Source: a virus
Taxonomy: Duplodnaviria; Caudoviricetes
Length of the DNA: 64,000 bases
IMG/VR virus record: IMGVR_UViG_3300016744_000001
Reading direction: 5' to 3' (one strand)
Below, piece after piece: positions 1 to 9,797 of this stretch (position 1 is its first letter; each line of letters begins with the position of its first letter). The notes under the pieces were generated by a model that worked only from the letters and a program-made list of their open reading frames with translations, had not been told where the DNA came from and did no database searches. The position numbers were made by a program, and so were the translations under genes.

Positions 1-428
1 TGAGTCTTTGGACCAAAGTTAGCTGTGTAGCCATTGATTGTGCCTGTGCACAGTTCATCAATAGCTTTCTGCAGTTCTATTGTTGCCCGACCTGATCCAC
101 TGGTGACCGAGAAATCGTAGTACACGATGGATGTCAGAGGTGGCGCCAGTTCTGCTTTCCCTTGTTCCCAAAACGTTCTACGGAACAAACGTTTTGCAGT
201 GTCAAAGTCAACCAGCTTGATATCCTCAATGTCGACCTTGCCGTCCTTGTTCAGATCGGCGACATCAATATCAAGATCTTTCAGGTATGCCAGAGACACA
301 CCATTCCGGGTTGGCCCACCAGGGTCTTTTGGGTTGTTGGTCATGCCACCAAAATCACGTTCCCAATAACGAACGTGAACATGGGCAATGTTATACATTT
401 CCTCGTTCGACAGTGCGTTTACTCCCAT
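1..428 (-). CDS. Endolysin, glycoside hydrolase family 108 (N-acetylmuramidase), truncated by window edge
   Basis: Not in the ORF track. Manual translation from ATG at 428 (AGAGGAG RBS) gives MGVNALSNEEMYNIAHVHVRYWERDFGGMTNNPKDPGGPTRNGVSLAYLKDLDIDVADLNKDGKVDIEDIK...FWE...YDFSVTSGSGRATIELQKAI. E..GG..N.P.DPGG.T..G and D..V.SG..RA...LQ are GH108 hallmarks. Confidence 0.85.
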   Translation of the reverse strand, partial: MGVNALSNEEMYNIAHVHVRYWERDFGGMTNNPKDPGGPTRNGVSLAYLKDLDIDVADLNKDGKVDIEDIKLVDFDTAKRLFRRTFWEQGKAELAPPLTSIVYYDFSVTSGSGRATIELQKAIDELCTGTINGYTANFGPKT

Positions 429-529
429 GATGGTACTCTCCTCTTGGGAAAATTAAAAGAATATCACAGAATGATCTAATTTCAAATCTTGGCTTAGTGT
501 TATGAATCTAATCTTCCAAGGAGTTCTTT

Positions 530-826
530 ATGCTTAAACCCCGAGACGCCACCATCACATCCGCTGAAAGTGGTAAACTGGCCTTTGAAGTTTCTGAGTT
601 CACGGTCCAAGTGGAGACCAGTAACTTCACACAACAGGCAGACGTTCTTAATTTCTTTTTGAATGCCAGCCTGACCAGCTCCCGGATGGTCATCATCCCA
701 CAATCCAGCAAACCTTGGGTTTGTGTCAATGTTCAACTGTGCCACCCTGATGATGGCTTGAAAATCCGCGCTGTCATCAACGAGATCAAAAGCAAAACCA
801 AACACCAGGTCCGGATCATTCTGTAA
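530..826 (+). CDS. hypothetical protein
   Basis: 98 aa ORF with AAGGAG RBS, followed by a hairpin. Confidence 0.65.
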   Translation: MLKPRDATITSAESGKLAFEVSEFTVQVETSNFTQQADVLNFFLNASLTSSRMVIIPQSSKPWVCVNVQLCHPDDGLKIRAVINEIKSKTKHQVRIIL

Positions 827-831
827 TCCAG

Positions 832-862
832 TAGCTAGGCTCAGCATTGCTGAGCCTAGCTA
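832..862. terminator. intergenic hairpin between convergent genes
   Basis: tagctaggctcagca-t-tgctgagcctagcta. Confidence 0.7.
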
Positions 863-864
863 TT

Positions 865-1698
865 TTACAGGGCTAACAGTAAACGATCACGCATCGTGTT
901 GACATCAAGTTGTTCTGCGCTACCATGGAATTCCTTCCTGATAACGTCATAACGATCACCGGCGTCAGCGTACGTGTCAATAATTTCTTTCACTCGACCA
1001 ACTTCTTGACCACTGTGAATGTAACCCATGTCCAGTTTAATTGTCAACCGATTGTAGATCCATGCTTTCGCTGCGGTCACAATAAGCTCACTCAACTGAA
1101 CAACCGCATCTGGAGTGAGGTTGGTAAAATCTTTGTCATACTCCAGTCGGCAATCAAGTATCCACGAGAATGACGTGATCATTGCCATTTCCGCTGGTGT
1201 GATCTTGATCTGATTACCAGCCATCAGAATCGGAGTGGGCATGATCGGTGCATCATTGAAAGTCACACCGTTCATGGCGGCGTTCGCAAATGAACCAGCG
1301 GTCACACCACGAGTCATCCCACCCATCATCCCAGAAGCCATCATTGCCAATGAGTTGGTTGCCCCATAAGGCATTGACATTGACAAGACTTGAGTGATCG
1401 AACGATACTCTCGTGCTTCAGGGGGAATCTTGTAGATCGCAAATGGGATCAGTGGGATCATGTTCGCATCAGAGGTTTGCATCCTTGACATGCGTGCCCA
1501 CTGTGGAAGCATAACAATCTTTTTATACTGTCCGCAGATTGCAGACACATCAGGACGGACACGTCCTTCAATGATCTCTTCAGTAATAGCTTCATCAAGC
1601 GAGCGGCGTTTCCCCTTTTGATCAAAGGCGAGTTCAAGGATCTCTTGAGGAATCTTAATGTATACACTACGCAGGGCTTGTTCAACAGCGTTTACCAT
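865..1698 (-). CDS. phiKZ-type conserved virion structural protein
   Basis: 277 aa, AAGGAG RBS; C-terminal AKAWIYN...LDMGYIHSGQEVGRVKEIIDTYADA resembles a conserved phiKZ-family virion protein (recalled, not searched). Confidence 0.6.
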   Translation of the reverse strand: MVNAVEQALRSVYIKIPQEILELAFDQKGKRRSLDEAITEEIIEGRVRPDVSAICGQYKKIVMLPQWARMSRMQTSDANMIPLIPFAIYKIPPEAREYRSITQVLSMSMPYGATNSLAMMASGMMGGMTRGVTAGSFANAAMNGVTFNDAPIMPTPILMAGNQIKITPAEMAMITSFSWILDCRLEYDKDFTNLTPDAVVQLSELIVTAAKAWIYNRLTIKLDMGYIHSGQEVGRVKEIIDTYADAGDRYDVIRKEFHGSAEQLDVNTMRDRLLLAL

Positions 1699-1778
1699 GA
1701 TAGCTCCTTGATGGTTAATGTCATCTTATTTTAAGTTACGGTGGTGGATAATTGAATACACTACACTTGGAGGTATTT

Positions 1779-2378
1779 ATGGTTATTGAATTCGTTCAGC
1801 GTGCTGATTCTGTTAACGGAAAACGTGGCGACCGTTGGCTTGGTGGGTGGTTTGGTGACAACAATTTCTTGAATCGGACCGGCATCCTGTGTGAACTGCA
1901 GGCTAGCGCCATGGAAAACGGCCAGAAGTTTGAAATTGAAGACCTTGATCAGACAGTGGATTTCCGTGGTTGGGTCCTGATCAGTTTGGTCAGAAAAGAA
2001 ATCATGGTCATCCGTGAAGCTCCTGGTCTCAACCGTTCGCTACTTGCATTTGTTGTTCCCACCAGCATCAGCACACTGGGGTTGTATGAAAATGCGAATA
2101 GCTATGATGACAACGTCGTAGCATTCTACACCCCCACTGGCAATATCACCCAGGATACCATGGTGTTCAATATGCTGGTGCCTAACGCCAAGATCCGACG
2201 GATTACCCAGACAAGTAACGTGCTTGTTTACCAAGGTGGCCGGGAAATCTTGACCCCTGGCAAGTCCTACAAGATTGCCTGGGATATGGTTGGTCCGCTT
2301 GTTGAAGAAATCAGTCACACTGACAAGCTCACTGAGCTGGTCAACCTGGTTGAACTGATGCGTGAACCCAAACCGTAA
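1779..2378 (+). CDS. hypothetical protein
   Basis: ORF; start moved to ATG 1779 behind GGAGG. Confidence 0.7.
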   Translation: MVIEFVQRADSVNGKRGDRWLGGWFGDNNFLNRTGILCELQASAMENGQKFEIEDLDQTVDFRGWVLISLVRKEIMVIREAPGLNRSLLAFVVPTSISTLGLYENANSYDDNVVAFYTPTGNITQDTMVFNMLVPNAKIRRITQTSNVLVYQGGREILTPGKSYKIAWDMVGPLVEEISHTDKLTELVNLVELMREPKP

Positions 2379-2379
2379 C

Positions 2380-2412
2380 GATAGCATGGCCAGCAATGCT
2401 GGCCATGCTATC
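2380..2412. terminator. intergenic hairpin
   Basis: gatagcatggccagca-a-tgctggccatgctatc. Confidence 0.7.
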
Positions 2413-2429
2413 CAATGGAAAGTCCTATC

Positions 2430-2437
2430 TATATTAC
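2430..2437 (+). promoter_or_regulatory. phiKZ-type early promoter motif TATATTAC
   Basis: Exact TATATTAC 40 nt upstream of ORF 2478; matches the described phiKZ early (virion RNAP) consensus. Confidence 0.6.
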
Positions 2438-2477
2438 TTAGTAGAATAAACAATTCAATTTACATAGGAGGAATCGA

Positions 2478-2693
2478 ATGTTTGACAGGATTGAGCTCTC
2501 TCGTCATCAGTACCACCTCTTTGAAAAGAAATGGTTGAATGGTGACTACCTTGAACTGCGGTATGGTCAAGCATTTTATCAGTTCTTCAAACTTGAAAAA
2601 TGTACTGACCCCGAAGGCAAACTCAACAAACTGTACAATGCTGATCTCAGTGAATCCAGATCACTGATTAGCCAACTTTTCGTGTTCAGTTAA
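2478..2693 (+). CDS. small phage protein (LRYGQAF motif)
   Basis: 71 aa, AGGAGG RBS; R.GQ.F motif common in small phage proteins. Confidence 0.75.
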   Translation: MFDRIELSRHQYHLFEKKWLNGDYLELRYGQAFYQFFKLEKCTDPEGKLNKLYNADLSESRSLISQLFVFS

Positions 2694-3004
2694 AAAAAGT
2701 CCATCACAGTTTACTCAAATTTCCAGCATTAACGCTGGAAGCAAAAGGTCCACACATGGAATGGTTAGATTGTATTCTGGTGGTATTGTCGGCTCAGAAT
2801 CATCAACACTCCAACAAGTTTCTCTTGGTAACAAACACAATCCTCAACCGTACTCAACCCAACAAAAACTAACCCGGTCTCTTATTTATAAGGTGGGGGT
2901 AGCTCCCCCACCATCTTTGTTTGAACATATTTTTTTCTTGTAAAGTTCTAAGTTGACAATAAAGATATGTTCAACCTACAACCTTTTATCCTCAGAGATT
3001 TACA

Positions 3005-3328
3005 ATGAGTAACGACCCAAACCGAATCGACAATGTGAATAAGGCGATTCAAAACTACGTGAACTATCTGAAAGACAACTCGCAAAATAGCGATGAAGCC
3101 ATCAAGATTCGATTGAATGGTGCACGCGGATCTTCCGTTTCTTACTCTGGTCCTGATGGCTCGTTCACGGTCAAGGTTGACGCCGCTGGCAATGAAGCGA
3201 GTGCTAATGTACATTTCACTACTGGCAACTTCAAAGCGACAGTCACTGAAGACACCTGTACCGCTAAAGGGGTGTCACCAGTCTTTCACCGGCATTGGGG
3301 TAAGTTCCATGACGCATTCAATTCTTGA
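3005..3328 (+). CDS. hypothetical protein
   Basis: 107 aa ORF overlapping the start of the next gene. Confidence 0.65.
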   Translation: MSNDPNRIDNVNKAIQNYVNYLKDNSQNSDEAIKIRLNGARGSSVSYSGPDGSFTVKVDAAGNEASANVHFTTGNFKATVTEDTCTAKGVSPVFHRHWGKFHDAFNS

Positions 3329-3824
3329 TATCCATGGAACTGTGGTAGATCATTCTGGTCATCTCAACGGAGAACTCAGTTCAGTTGAGTATCTTTATCA
3401 GCACTGGGATCATCAATTCCCAGTTGACCCCCTAAGGATACTTTTCTTCCTTGGTGGCAAGCTAAAACAAATTGATCGGAGCAATAAAGATGCGTATTAC
3501 CTGGGCGCTGGCTCAACGATCTTTGTCTCTGAACCAATCATTTCTGGTTATCCTGCTTGGGAATCAAGACTGGTTATTGCTCGAGAGCTTCAGTTCTTTG
3601 TTCGTCGGATCAACTCATTGCAACTAAACCGTCAGTCAGAAGAATTTCTGAATATGACCAAGATGGCAATGAAGACCATGCTCCCATTAAAGGACTTGGC
3701 AAAAGATCTGATCGGGCAACCAACGATTGAATCTCTCAGTGTTAAATATGATTGCCCCATTTCAGTATTGCGTGACTACATTGATAAGTACGTGTCCAAA
3801 GGACGATTGCCAAAAGGTATCTAA
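3309..3824 (+). CDS. ImmA/IrrE (DUF955)-like protein with degenerate HExxH
   Basis: PVDPLRI...IFVSE...RLVIARELQFF...MLP...LSVKYDCP parallels PVD..I / I.VN / RFTIAHELGH / LMP / LA..F.VS; start at ATG 3309. Confidence 0.5.
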   Translation: MTHSILDIHGTVVDHSGHLNGELSSVEYLYQHWDHQFPVDPLRILFFLGGKLKQIDRSNKDAYYLGAGSTIFVSEPIISGYPAWESRLVIARELQFFVRRINSLQLNRQSEEFLNMTKMAMKTMLPLKDLAKDLIGQPTIESLSVKYDCPISVLRDYIDKYVSKGRLPKGI

Positions 3825-3830
3825 TTGTCG

Positions 3831-3860
3831 CATATCTCACGGGTAATTCCGTGAGATATG
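3831..3860. terminator. intergenic hairpin
   Basis: catatctcacgg-gtaatt-ccgtgagatatg. Confidence 0.65.
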
Positions 3861-3904
3861 TTGTGATACGAACTTCATTATCTTTCAAATATAAGGAGCT
3901 GAAA

Positions 3905-4981
3905 ATGCCTCTTTGTTTATCAGGAGCAGACCCAACATTCTACAAAACAAAGGCATTGAATACGGATCTGATCCAAAACTATCAGATAAAGTACGCGTTT
4001 CCACAAACGTCACCAAACTTTATCAGTGATGGTACCCCTCTCAATGACAGCTTTTCATCGGTTCTTGATGGTGCACCTGTGGTCAGAACGTACAACGACT
4101 TTGTAGTTAACGCTGGTCACACGGTGACTACGTCAAACCGCTGCAAAGGTCTGTACCTCAACATCTTGGGTAACTTGGTTGTCAACGGCAAACTGTCCAT
4201 GACTGCCCGTGGTGCCAGCTGTCCTGGTCAACATGTGATCATCGATAAAGATTATCGACTGATCTACTACACATCTGCCCTTGAGAGTGGTTTCGACTAT
4301 TCTCAGTTTACGTTGATCAATAAAGATGGTGGACTCGGTGCAGCACCGTACATTGCGAACCCGAATCCAATCATTGATTCAAGGGGAGCCTGTGGCGCAG
4401 GTGGAGGTACCGGTGGTAAAGAAGGAACTACGGCCTTCCTCACGACCAGAGGTGGTAATGGTACTTCTTTCTCTGGTGGCGCTGGCGCCGGTGGTGGTTG
4501 CCTGTGGCATGTTGACGGCAGTTCAATCATTACTTACGGGTGCGGCTCAGTTGGTTCTGACAACGGCGGTGCCGGTGGCGCTGGTGCGTATTCTGGCTAT
4601 GCCACTCCTTCAGTTGGTGGTGGCGGCGGTGCCGGTAACCCAGGAGGTATTTGCAAACAAACCTCCCGCAATGGTTCGTCTGGCGCAGGTGGTCTGATGA
4701 TCATCTTCGTCCATGGCAACATCATTATTGGTCCTTACGGCTCAATTGAAGCCAACGGCTCAAAGGGTGGTGCTGGTCTTGTTGGTGTCCCCGGAGTGAG
4801 TCATCCAAGCTACCCGGGTGGTGGTTCAGGTGGTGGTGCCATCTACTTGTTCAACCGTGGCAGTATCAATGATCAAAGCCGTATCACGGTCACTGGTGGT
4901 GAGTATGGTGAAAAGATCCTTGACTCAACCAAGCTTTGCTGCGCTGGCAGCAATGGTACCCTGAAGATCCTTCCATTTTAA
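3905..4981 (+). CDS. glycine-rich tail fibre/virion protein (paralog of 42801-43868)
   Basis: GGxGG repeats; shared NAGHTVTT..RCKGLYLNILG.LV.NGKLSMTARGA block. ATG 3905 has AAGGAG; the track's GTG at 3851 lies inside a hairpin. Confidence 0.75.
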   Translation: MPLCLSGADPTFYKTKALNTDLIQNYQIKYAFPQTSPNFISDGTPLNDSFSSVLDGAPVVRTYNDFVVNAGHTVTTSNRCKGLYLNILGNLVVNGKLSMTARGASCPGQHVIIDKDYRLIYYTSALESGFDYSQFTLINKDGGLGAAPYIANPNPIIDSRGACGAGGGTGGKEGTTAFLTTRGGNGTSFSGGAGAGGGCLWHVDGSSIITYGCGSVGSDNGGAGGAGAYSGYATPSVGGGGGAGNPGGICKQTSRNGSSGAGGLMIIFVHGNIIIGPYGSIEANGSKGGAGLVGVPGVSHPSYPGGGSGGGAIYLFNRGSINDQSRITVTGGEYGEKILDSTKLCCAGSNGTLKILPF

Positions 4982-5013
4982 TTGGATCTTAAACGACAAA
5001 AGGTAAGTAAGCA

Positions 5014-5700
5014 ATGTTAGTTTTTCAGGGATGTGAAGCAACTGACTTAGCCAATATGCAATACCCGGATCATTTTCATTGGTATCCGGAACTATTTGCA
5101 AACTGCGGCACGACCCCAGCCAAAATAGCAGCAGTTGTCAACAATTCACTTTACGGTAGTGTTGGAATAAACAACATTGCTGCTGCTCAGGTGAACACGA
5201 ATGATGCTGTGAATGGGTTGGACATTCGATATGGTGTCACCGCAAAATCTCCAATTGACCTGTTTTACCCATCGGCAACCTTGGCAAATCTCGCAATGCT
5301 CCGATTTGGACCAATTCCGAAACCAAAGACGATCTCAGTTGATCTGAAAGCGATCTTTGGCACCCAGTTACGGGAATGCTTTATGGTGCTGGCAATTTGT
5401 GGATCAGTTGTTTATTCACTGTTCAACCTGTACCAAGGTACAATTGACGCCAACTACGGGTATGGCCGAAACGGTGTGTGGACAAATAACGCAACAACCA
5501 GACTAAAAACACTTACAGCAACAACCACGTACACTGGCACCCTACAGATCTCTGCAATGCCCAAATGTTTCACTCTTGGTGAGACGTCTTGTGACATTGC
5601 GATTGTTCGTTTACAACAAGCGTATTGGGAAGGAACTGGAGCTGGCATGAGAAATGCTTCCACCTTATACCTCAAGAATCTCGAAATCACCACAAAGTAA
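5014..5700 (+). CDS. hypothetical protein, possibly virion-associated
   Basis: 228 aa ORF co-oriented with the Gly-rich gene, ending at a hairpin. Confidence 0.6.
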   Translation: MLVFQGCEATDLANMQYPDHFHWYPELFANCGTTPAKIAAVVNNSLYGSVGINNIAAAQVNTNDAVNGLDIRYGVTAKSPIDLFYPSATLANLAMLRFGPIPKPKTISVDLKAIFGTQLRECFMVLAICGSVVYSLFNLYQGTIDANYGYGRNGVWTNNATTRLKTLTATTTYTGTLQISAMPKCFTLGETSCDIAIVRLQQAYWEGTGAGMRNASTLYLKNLEITTK

Positions 5701-5703
5701 TCC

Positions 5704-5733
5704 GTGTCTCCACCGGGACCCCGGTGGAGACAC
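5704..5733. terminator. hairpin between convergent genes
   Basis: gtgtctccaccgg-gacc-ccggtggagacac. Confidence 0.7.
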
Positions 5734-5736
5734 TTT

Positions 5737-8283
5737 CTACAACTCATTTATTTTTGTGTACAGGTTGATTTCCTGTGGAAGCTGGATGTTGTCTTTCTTC
5801 AAACAGACAACATCCTTGTACAAGAACCCAGAGTACAAGGTAGGATCATGATAGATCATCCACAACTGCGGAGCATATTGCGAATCCATGTATCCATTCA
5901 GCCATTCCAAAAGAGTTTGTTTGTGACGTGGATCAAATCCATCATCACACTCATCGAAGAACATCGGGAAATCATTCCCGTTAGCAGCGAATACCAATGC
6001 TGGGTAAAACGCAAAGTTGATTGCTGCTTGTTGTGACTTGCTCAAGCGACTGATTGGTCCGGGTTGTTTGTTATTGCACCGAGCCATGAAGTCACAGCTC
6101 ACATCGTCATGTTCTTTCAGTAACTCAAGCTGGATTGGGTACGTCCAGATCTTGTTAAGAATGAAGTTGACGTTCTCAAGGATGGCATTGATGAACTGCA
6201 ACGTGTGATGATGAGGCATACCGGATTCAGGGTTTAATCCGATCTCAAGATAGTTGTAGATCTTCTGTCGCTTCTCAATCGTTTCGATGAGAGAAGTGAT
6301 CTCCTCAGTGTACCGTGCCCGAAGAGTTTCTTGTTCTTTGAGCTGATTGGTCAGGGTGTAGATCTGGTTATCCAATTCCTGCTTCTGTTCTGTGAATGAT
6401 GGCAGCACACAAGTTTGCAAGTACTGGATATACTCATCAAGCATGACGTACTGATGATGGCTAGCTACGTTCTTGAGTAAACGTTCCCCAGCTTCATACA
6501 GCTTCTTATACCGTTCCCCAAACTGGATTTTCTCATTGATATCCTGACAAAGGGTGTGCAGCATAATCGCATCCACCTGACACTGTTGGAGTTGTGCAAG
6601 TTTCTCTTGATAGAGCTTCTTGAGTATCTCCATCGCTGGTGTCTGAACTTTCTTGAGAGCATCAATTGTTGACTGAGCTTGTTGAATCTCTTTCTCCAAT
6701 TCAACTTTTTCTCGAATAAACTGCTGTGCCTGAATGGTCATGTGACACTGATGCAACCAGTGATTCAAATCACCATTCAAGATTTTCAGTAGATCTCGTT
6801 CAGTGTACTGCCAAACAGTTCCCGATAATAACTGGAACACCTGTTCAATTGTGCTTAACTGTTGCTTCAGGATGCCGAGCATATCAAACATTTTGTTTGA
6901 GACTCGTTCAACTTTCTGAAGTTGTTTTGATTGTTGTTCAATCTCCACTTTCAGGTTCTTCGCTTTAACTTCAAGTTTTTTACGTTGCGACCCAAAGTGT
7001 ACAGCGTAATCACAGGTTTTACAATTGCTAAGGATTTCCGTCGGACCATTCAGCAATTGTTTTAGCTCTTCTTCAATCTGAAATAGCTGATCGTCGGCTA
7101 TCCGCATCCGTTCTTTGTGATGTTGCCAACGATTTTGCAATTGGTTATACTTGTAGTTGACTCGATTGCATCGATCCGTGGGATACCAAACTCGATGAAG
7201 TTGAGCGTTCTCACCAGTAAACAAATCGTACAATCGTTCTTGTACCTGCTGATGTCTTGAAACCTGTGAGTCGGGAATGGTTGGAAACTGAAAGAACTCC
7301 TTGATCTCATCGAGGCGTTTCAACTTGACGGAAATCAAGTCAATACAGTCCTTCTGCTCATTGTCTTGGACTGTGAACATTGAAGGATCATACTGCTGCA
7401 GCTCTGACTGAATCTTTTCAAATGACTCCCGTGTGTTTTTCAACTGCTCTTCAAACTGGCTACGTTGAGCAACCAACGCGGTCATCTGGTTCTCAAACTC
7501 GTCTACTTCAAATCGCATCGGAGCTGTGGCAAGAATATGTTGCACCCGCTTACGATATTTTACGGCTTTCTCAACCGTCACTTCTTCATGTTCAATCGTC
7601 AGACGTTCATCTTGATATTCCTTGATTCGACTATTGAGCAGAAAGATTTCATTCCCAAGATCCAGCTGCTGCTGACTTAAGATCGTGGACTTTTCCATCA
7701 TGTCAGCGATGATCTCTTTAGAGAGTAATTTCTCTTCAACTGTCTGCTTTCTGGTGTACAACAACTGAAGATTACTCTTAGCTGTTCGCAGTTCAGACTT
7801 TGCTTGTTTGTGCAATTGGACAATAAAGTCTGGTACGGATGGACTCATACTCAGTAGTAACTGCTTTCGATCAGCAACCGACATGTTAGTTACCTGATAC
7901 CGACAATGTGTCAGGTCGTCAATCAACTGAGTATAACCAAGGTGTTGAGCACACAAGTCAATTTGGGTGTTGGTTAACCCATTGACGTTCAACTCAGCAC
8001 CATTCTTGCAGAATGAATGTTTCCCCTGCTTCTTTTCAAAGCTTGACGTGATAACGTATTCTTCACCGTCATGCAAGATCGTTAGCTTCTTGTAACCACC
8101 GGTATGGTAATCACTCTTAGTTGCTGGAAGAGGAGTGATTTGTGCAATCAGTTTTGATTTACCTGAGCCATTTGTACCGATAACAATCTGTACCTGACTC
8201 ATTGCCTCTATCTGTATTGATCGAATGTCTCCAACGACATCCAACCATTTCAATCCTTTTATTTCAACTTTCGTAACGTACAT
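5737..8283 (-). CDS. sbcC: SbcC/Rad50-like SMC ATPase
   Basis: Walker A GTNGSGKS, long coiled coil with central CKTC zinc hook, signature LSKSQ, Walker B FFDECD, YH switch. Confidence 0.9.
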   Translation of the reverse strand: MYVTKVEIKGLKWLDVVGDIRSIQIEAMSQVQIVIGTNGSGKSKLIAQITPLPATKSDYHTGGYKKLTILHDGEEYVITSSFEKKQGKHSFCKNGAELNVNGLTNTQIDLCAQHLGYTQLIDDLTHCRYQVTNMSVADRKQLLLSMSPSVPDFIVQLHKQAKSELRTAKSNLQLLYTRKQTVEEKLLSKEIIADMMEKSTILSQQQLDLGNEIFLLNSRIKEYQDERLTIEHEEVTVEKAVKYRKRVQHILATAPMRFEVDEFENQMTALVAQRSQFEEQLKNTRESFEKIQSELQQYDPSMFTVQDNEQKDCIDLISVKLKRLDEIKEFFQFPTIPDSQVSRHQQVQERLYDLFTGENAQLHRVWYPTDRCNRVNYKYNQLQNRWQHHKERMRIADDQLFQIEEELKQLLNGPTEILSNCKTCDYAVHFGSQRKKLEVKAKNLKVEIEQQSKQLQKVERVSNKMFDMLGILKQQLSTIEQVFQLLSGTVWQYTERDLLKILNGDLNHWLHQCHMTIQAQQFIREKVELEKEIQQAQSTIDALKKVQTPAMEILKKLYQEKLAQLQQCQVDAIMLHTLCQDINEKIQFGERYKKLYEAGERLLKNVASHHQYVMLDEYIQYLQTCVLPSFTEQKQELDNQIYTLTNQLKEQETLRARYTEEITSLIETIEKRQKIYNYLEIGLNPESGMPHHHTLQFINAILENVNFILNKIWTYPIQLELLKEHDDVSCDFMARCNNKQPGPISRLSKSQQAAINFAFYPALVFAANGNDFPMFFDECDDGFDPRHKQTLLEWLNGYMDSQYAPQLWMIYHDPTLYSGFLYKDVVCLKKDNIQLPQEINLYTKINEL

Positions 8284-8403
8284 GCGAACCTTCTTAGTTA
8301 AGTTGGAAGCATATCACAATACCTTAACGTAGGAAATCAGGGAACTAACCATTTTTAGTGACTATCATTTGGCTAGGTTTACCTAAACATTAAGAGGATC
8401 ACT

Positions 8404-8964
8404 ATGTCACTCATGAATAATGATGCAATGTTCCCGTACGTTGACATTGATGCCATCTACCTGAAGTGTGGCAACAATCAACGGCTAAAAGAAGTTTATC
8501 GGATGCTGCTTAACCAGCTCTACAGTGAATGTGATCAAGTGGTCTGTCCGATCACTGGTGATGATGCAACTAATCGGCACTTCACCTACAGCACATTCGC
8601 AGTGAATGCTGAATCATACCAAGCGTCCTATCATGACGAAGTGTACTCTTGGCATGTTGGTCCCACCGGGATCACAGTTCCGTATGGTAATGCCTTGTCA
8701 TTTCACATCTGCAGTTCTGACTGGCTGGCAAAGGTTTCCCGCTCATTGCGGTGTATCTGGCATGCTGCTCGATTGATCCCCAACGACGACAAATACCATC
8801 GGACATTCGTCAACATCAGTATCCCGTGGTTGGCGTTGGACAAACCAATCGACACCGTCACAGACCAAGAGTTGATTGACTACGCTGAAGTAGTCTTAGC
8901 ATCAATCTCTGGCCAAGTGTGGGTAAAGAACAAGCAGGTCATCAGTCTGCCAGCTTACCAATGA
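8404..8964 (+). CDS. hypothetical protein (first gene of radical SAM island operon)
   Basis: 186 aa, AGAGGA RBS, 7 nt upstream of 8972. Confidence 0.7.
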   Translation: MSLMNNDAMFPYVDIDAIYLKCGNNQRLKEVYRMLLNQLYSECDQVVCPITGDDATNRHFTYSTFAVNAESYQASYHDEVYSWHVGPTGITVPYGNALSFHICSSDWLAKVSRSLRCIWHAARLIPNDDKYHRTFVNISIPWLALDKPIDTVTDQELIDYAEVVLASISGQVWVKNKQVISLPAYQ

Positions 8965-8971
8965 GGCAATC

Positions 8972-9508
8972 ATGAACGAACTTATCATCAAAATCACAAT
9001 TGTGTCAAAACCACTGGCTTACTGGCAAACAAATGATCCAGTGATCCCATTTGGTCAAGCGGCGCATGTTGTTGAAAACGCCATGAGTCAGGTTCGCATT
9101 GGTGATGGGGTCGCCAAATGGAGTGCCCTTCCTGATAAGAACATTGACATGAGCGTAGCTCCTCACCACGGCACACATGACACAAGTGGCACTGATCCAA
9201 TCAGTATCCACCTGAGTCAAGTCAGTGACTTCACTGCACAACATGGCTCAATCGCAGCTTCAACTACTGTGGTTGGGCACATCCAAGTTGCCAGTGATGC
9301 TGACATCGCTACTGGTACAGAAACCGGCAAAGCTGTCAACCCAAAACAGTTGAAGACAGCTTTGGACGCTCTTTCATTGGTTGCCATCCAAGCCACTGCA
9401 CCGGAAAAGAAAACTGTGTTGTGGGTAAATACTACCGACTCAACGATCAACTACTGGAACGGGTCGGCTTGGGTAACCACAGTTGGGCGTTTTGCTGACG
9501 TGACCTAA
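8972..9508 (+). CDS. short tail-fibre/adaptor protein with Mtd_N-like N-terminus
   Basis: W.TNDPVIPFGQ...RIGDGVAKWSALP (Mtd N-terminal-like), fibre repeat ASTTVVGHIQVAS...GKAVNPKQLK, C-terminal LWVNTT...YWNGSAW. Confidence 0.75.
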   Translation: MNELIIKITIVSKPLAYWQTNDPVIPFGQAAHVVENAMSQVRIGDGVAKWSALPDKNIDMSVAPHHGTHDTSGTDPISIHLSQVSDFTAQHGSIAASTTVVGHIQVASDADIATGTETGKAVNPKQLKTALDALSLVAIQATAPEKKTVLWVNTTDSTINYWNGSAWVTTVGRFADVT

Positions 9509-9519
9509 AGGAGTTTGAA

Positions 9520-9789
9520 ATGGCCGTTAATGAAACGATTACTCAAACTACCTTTACTGGGTTCAGTCGATTCCCTAAGTTTGTGCACATTCAAGAACTG
9601 AAAACTGCGCTTACTCAACTGGATGCGTACAGTAAGAATGTTGTTAACTGCAACTGTGCCCCAAGTAACTGTTGCCAGGCAAACTGTTCTTATACCTGTC
9701 AATCCTGTCAAAGTTGTCAATGGTGTCAAACTTGTCAAAGTCAATGCCAAAATTGTTGGAACTGCAATTGTGGTGATGACGGATCTTAG
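9520..9789 (+). CDS. Cys-rich small protein 1, putative radical SAM substrate
   Basis: 89 aa, AAGGAG RBS; 14 Cys in the C-terminal half (NCNC..NCCQ..CQSCQSCQWCQTCQ..CWNCNC). Confidence 0.85.
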   Translation: MAVNETITQTTFTGFSRFPKFVHIQELKTALTQLDAYSKNVVNCNCAPSNCCQANCSYTCQSCQSCQWCQTCQSQCQNCWNCNCGDDGS

Positions 9790-9797
9790 GAGGTAGC

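Noticed and set aside
2694-2945. Possible ncRNA or 60 aa ORF (2761-2943) in an intergenic gap with small hairpins
   Set aside because: No recognisable RNA family or tRNA cloverleaf; the ORF lacks a clear RBS and runs through a hairpin.
8972-9508. Diversity-generating retroelement suggested by the Mtd_N-like domain
   Set aside because: No reverse transcriptase, Avd or TR/VR repeat pair was seen in the window.
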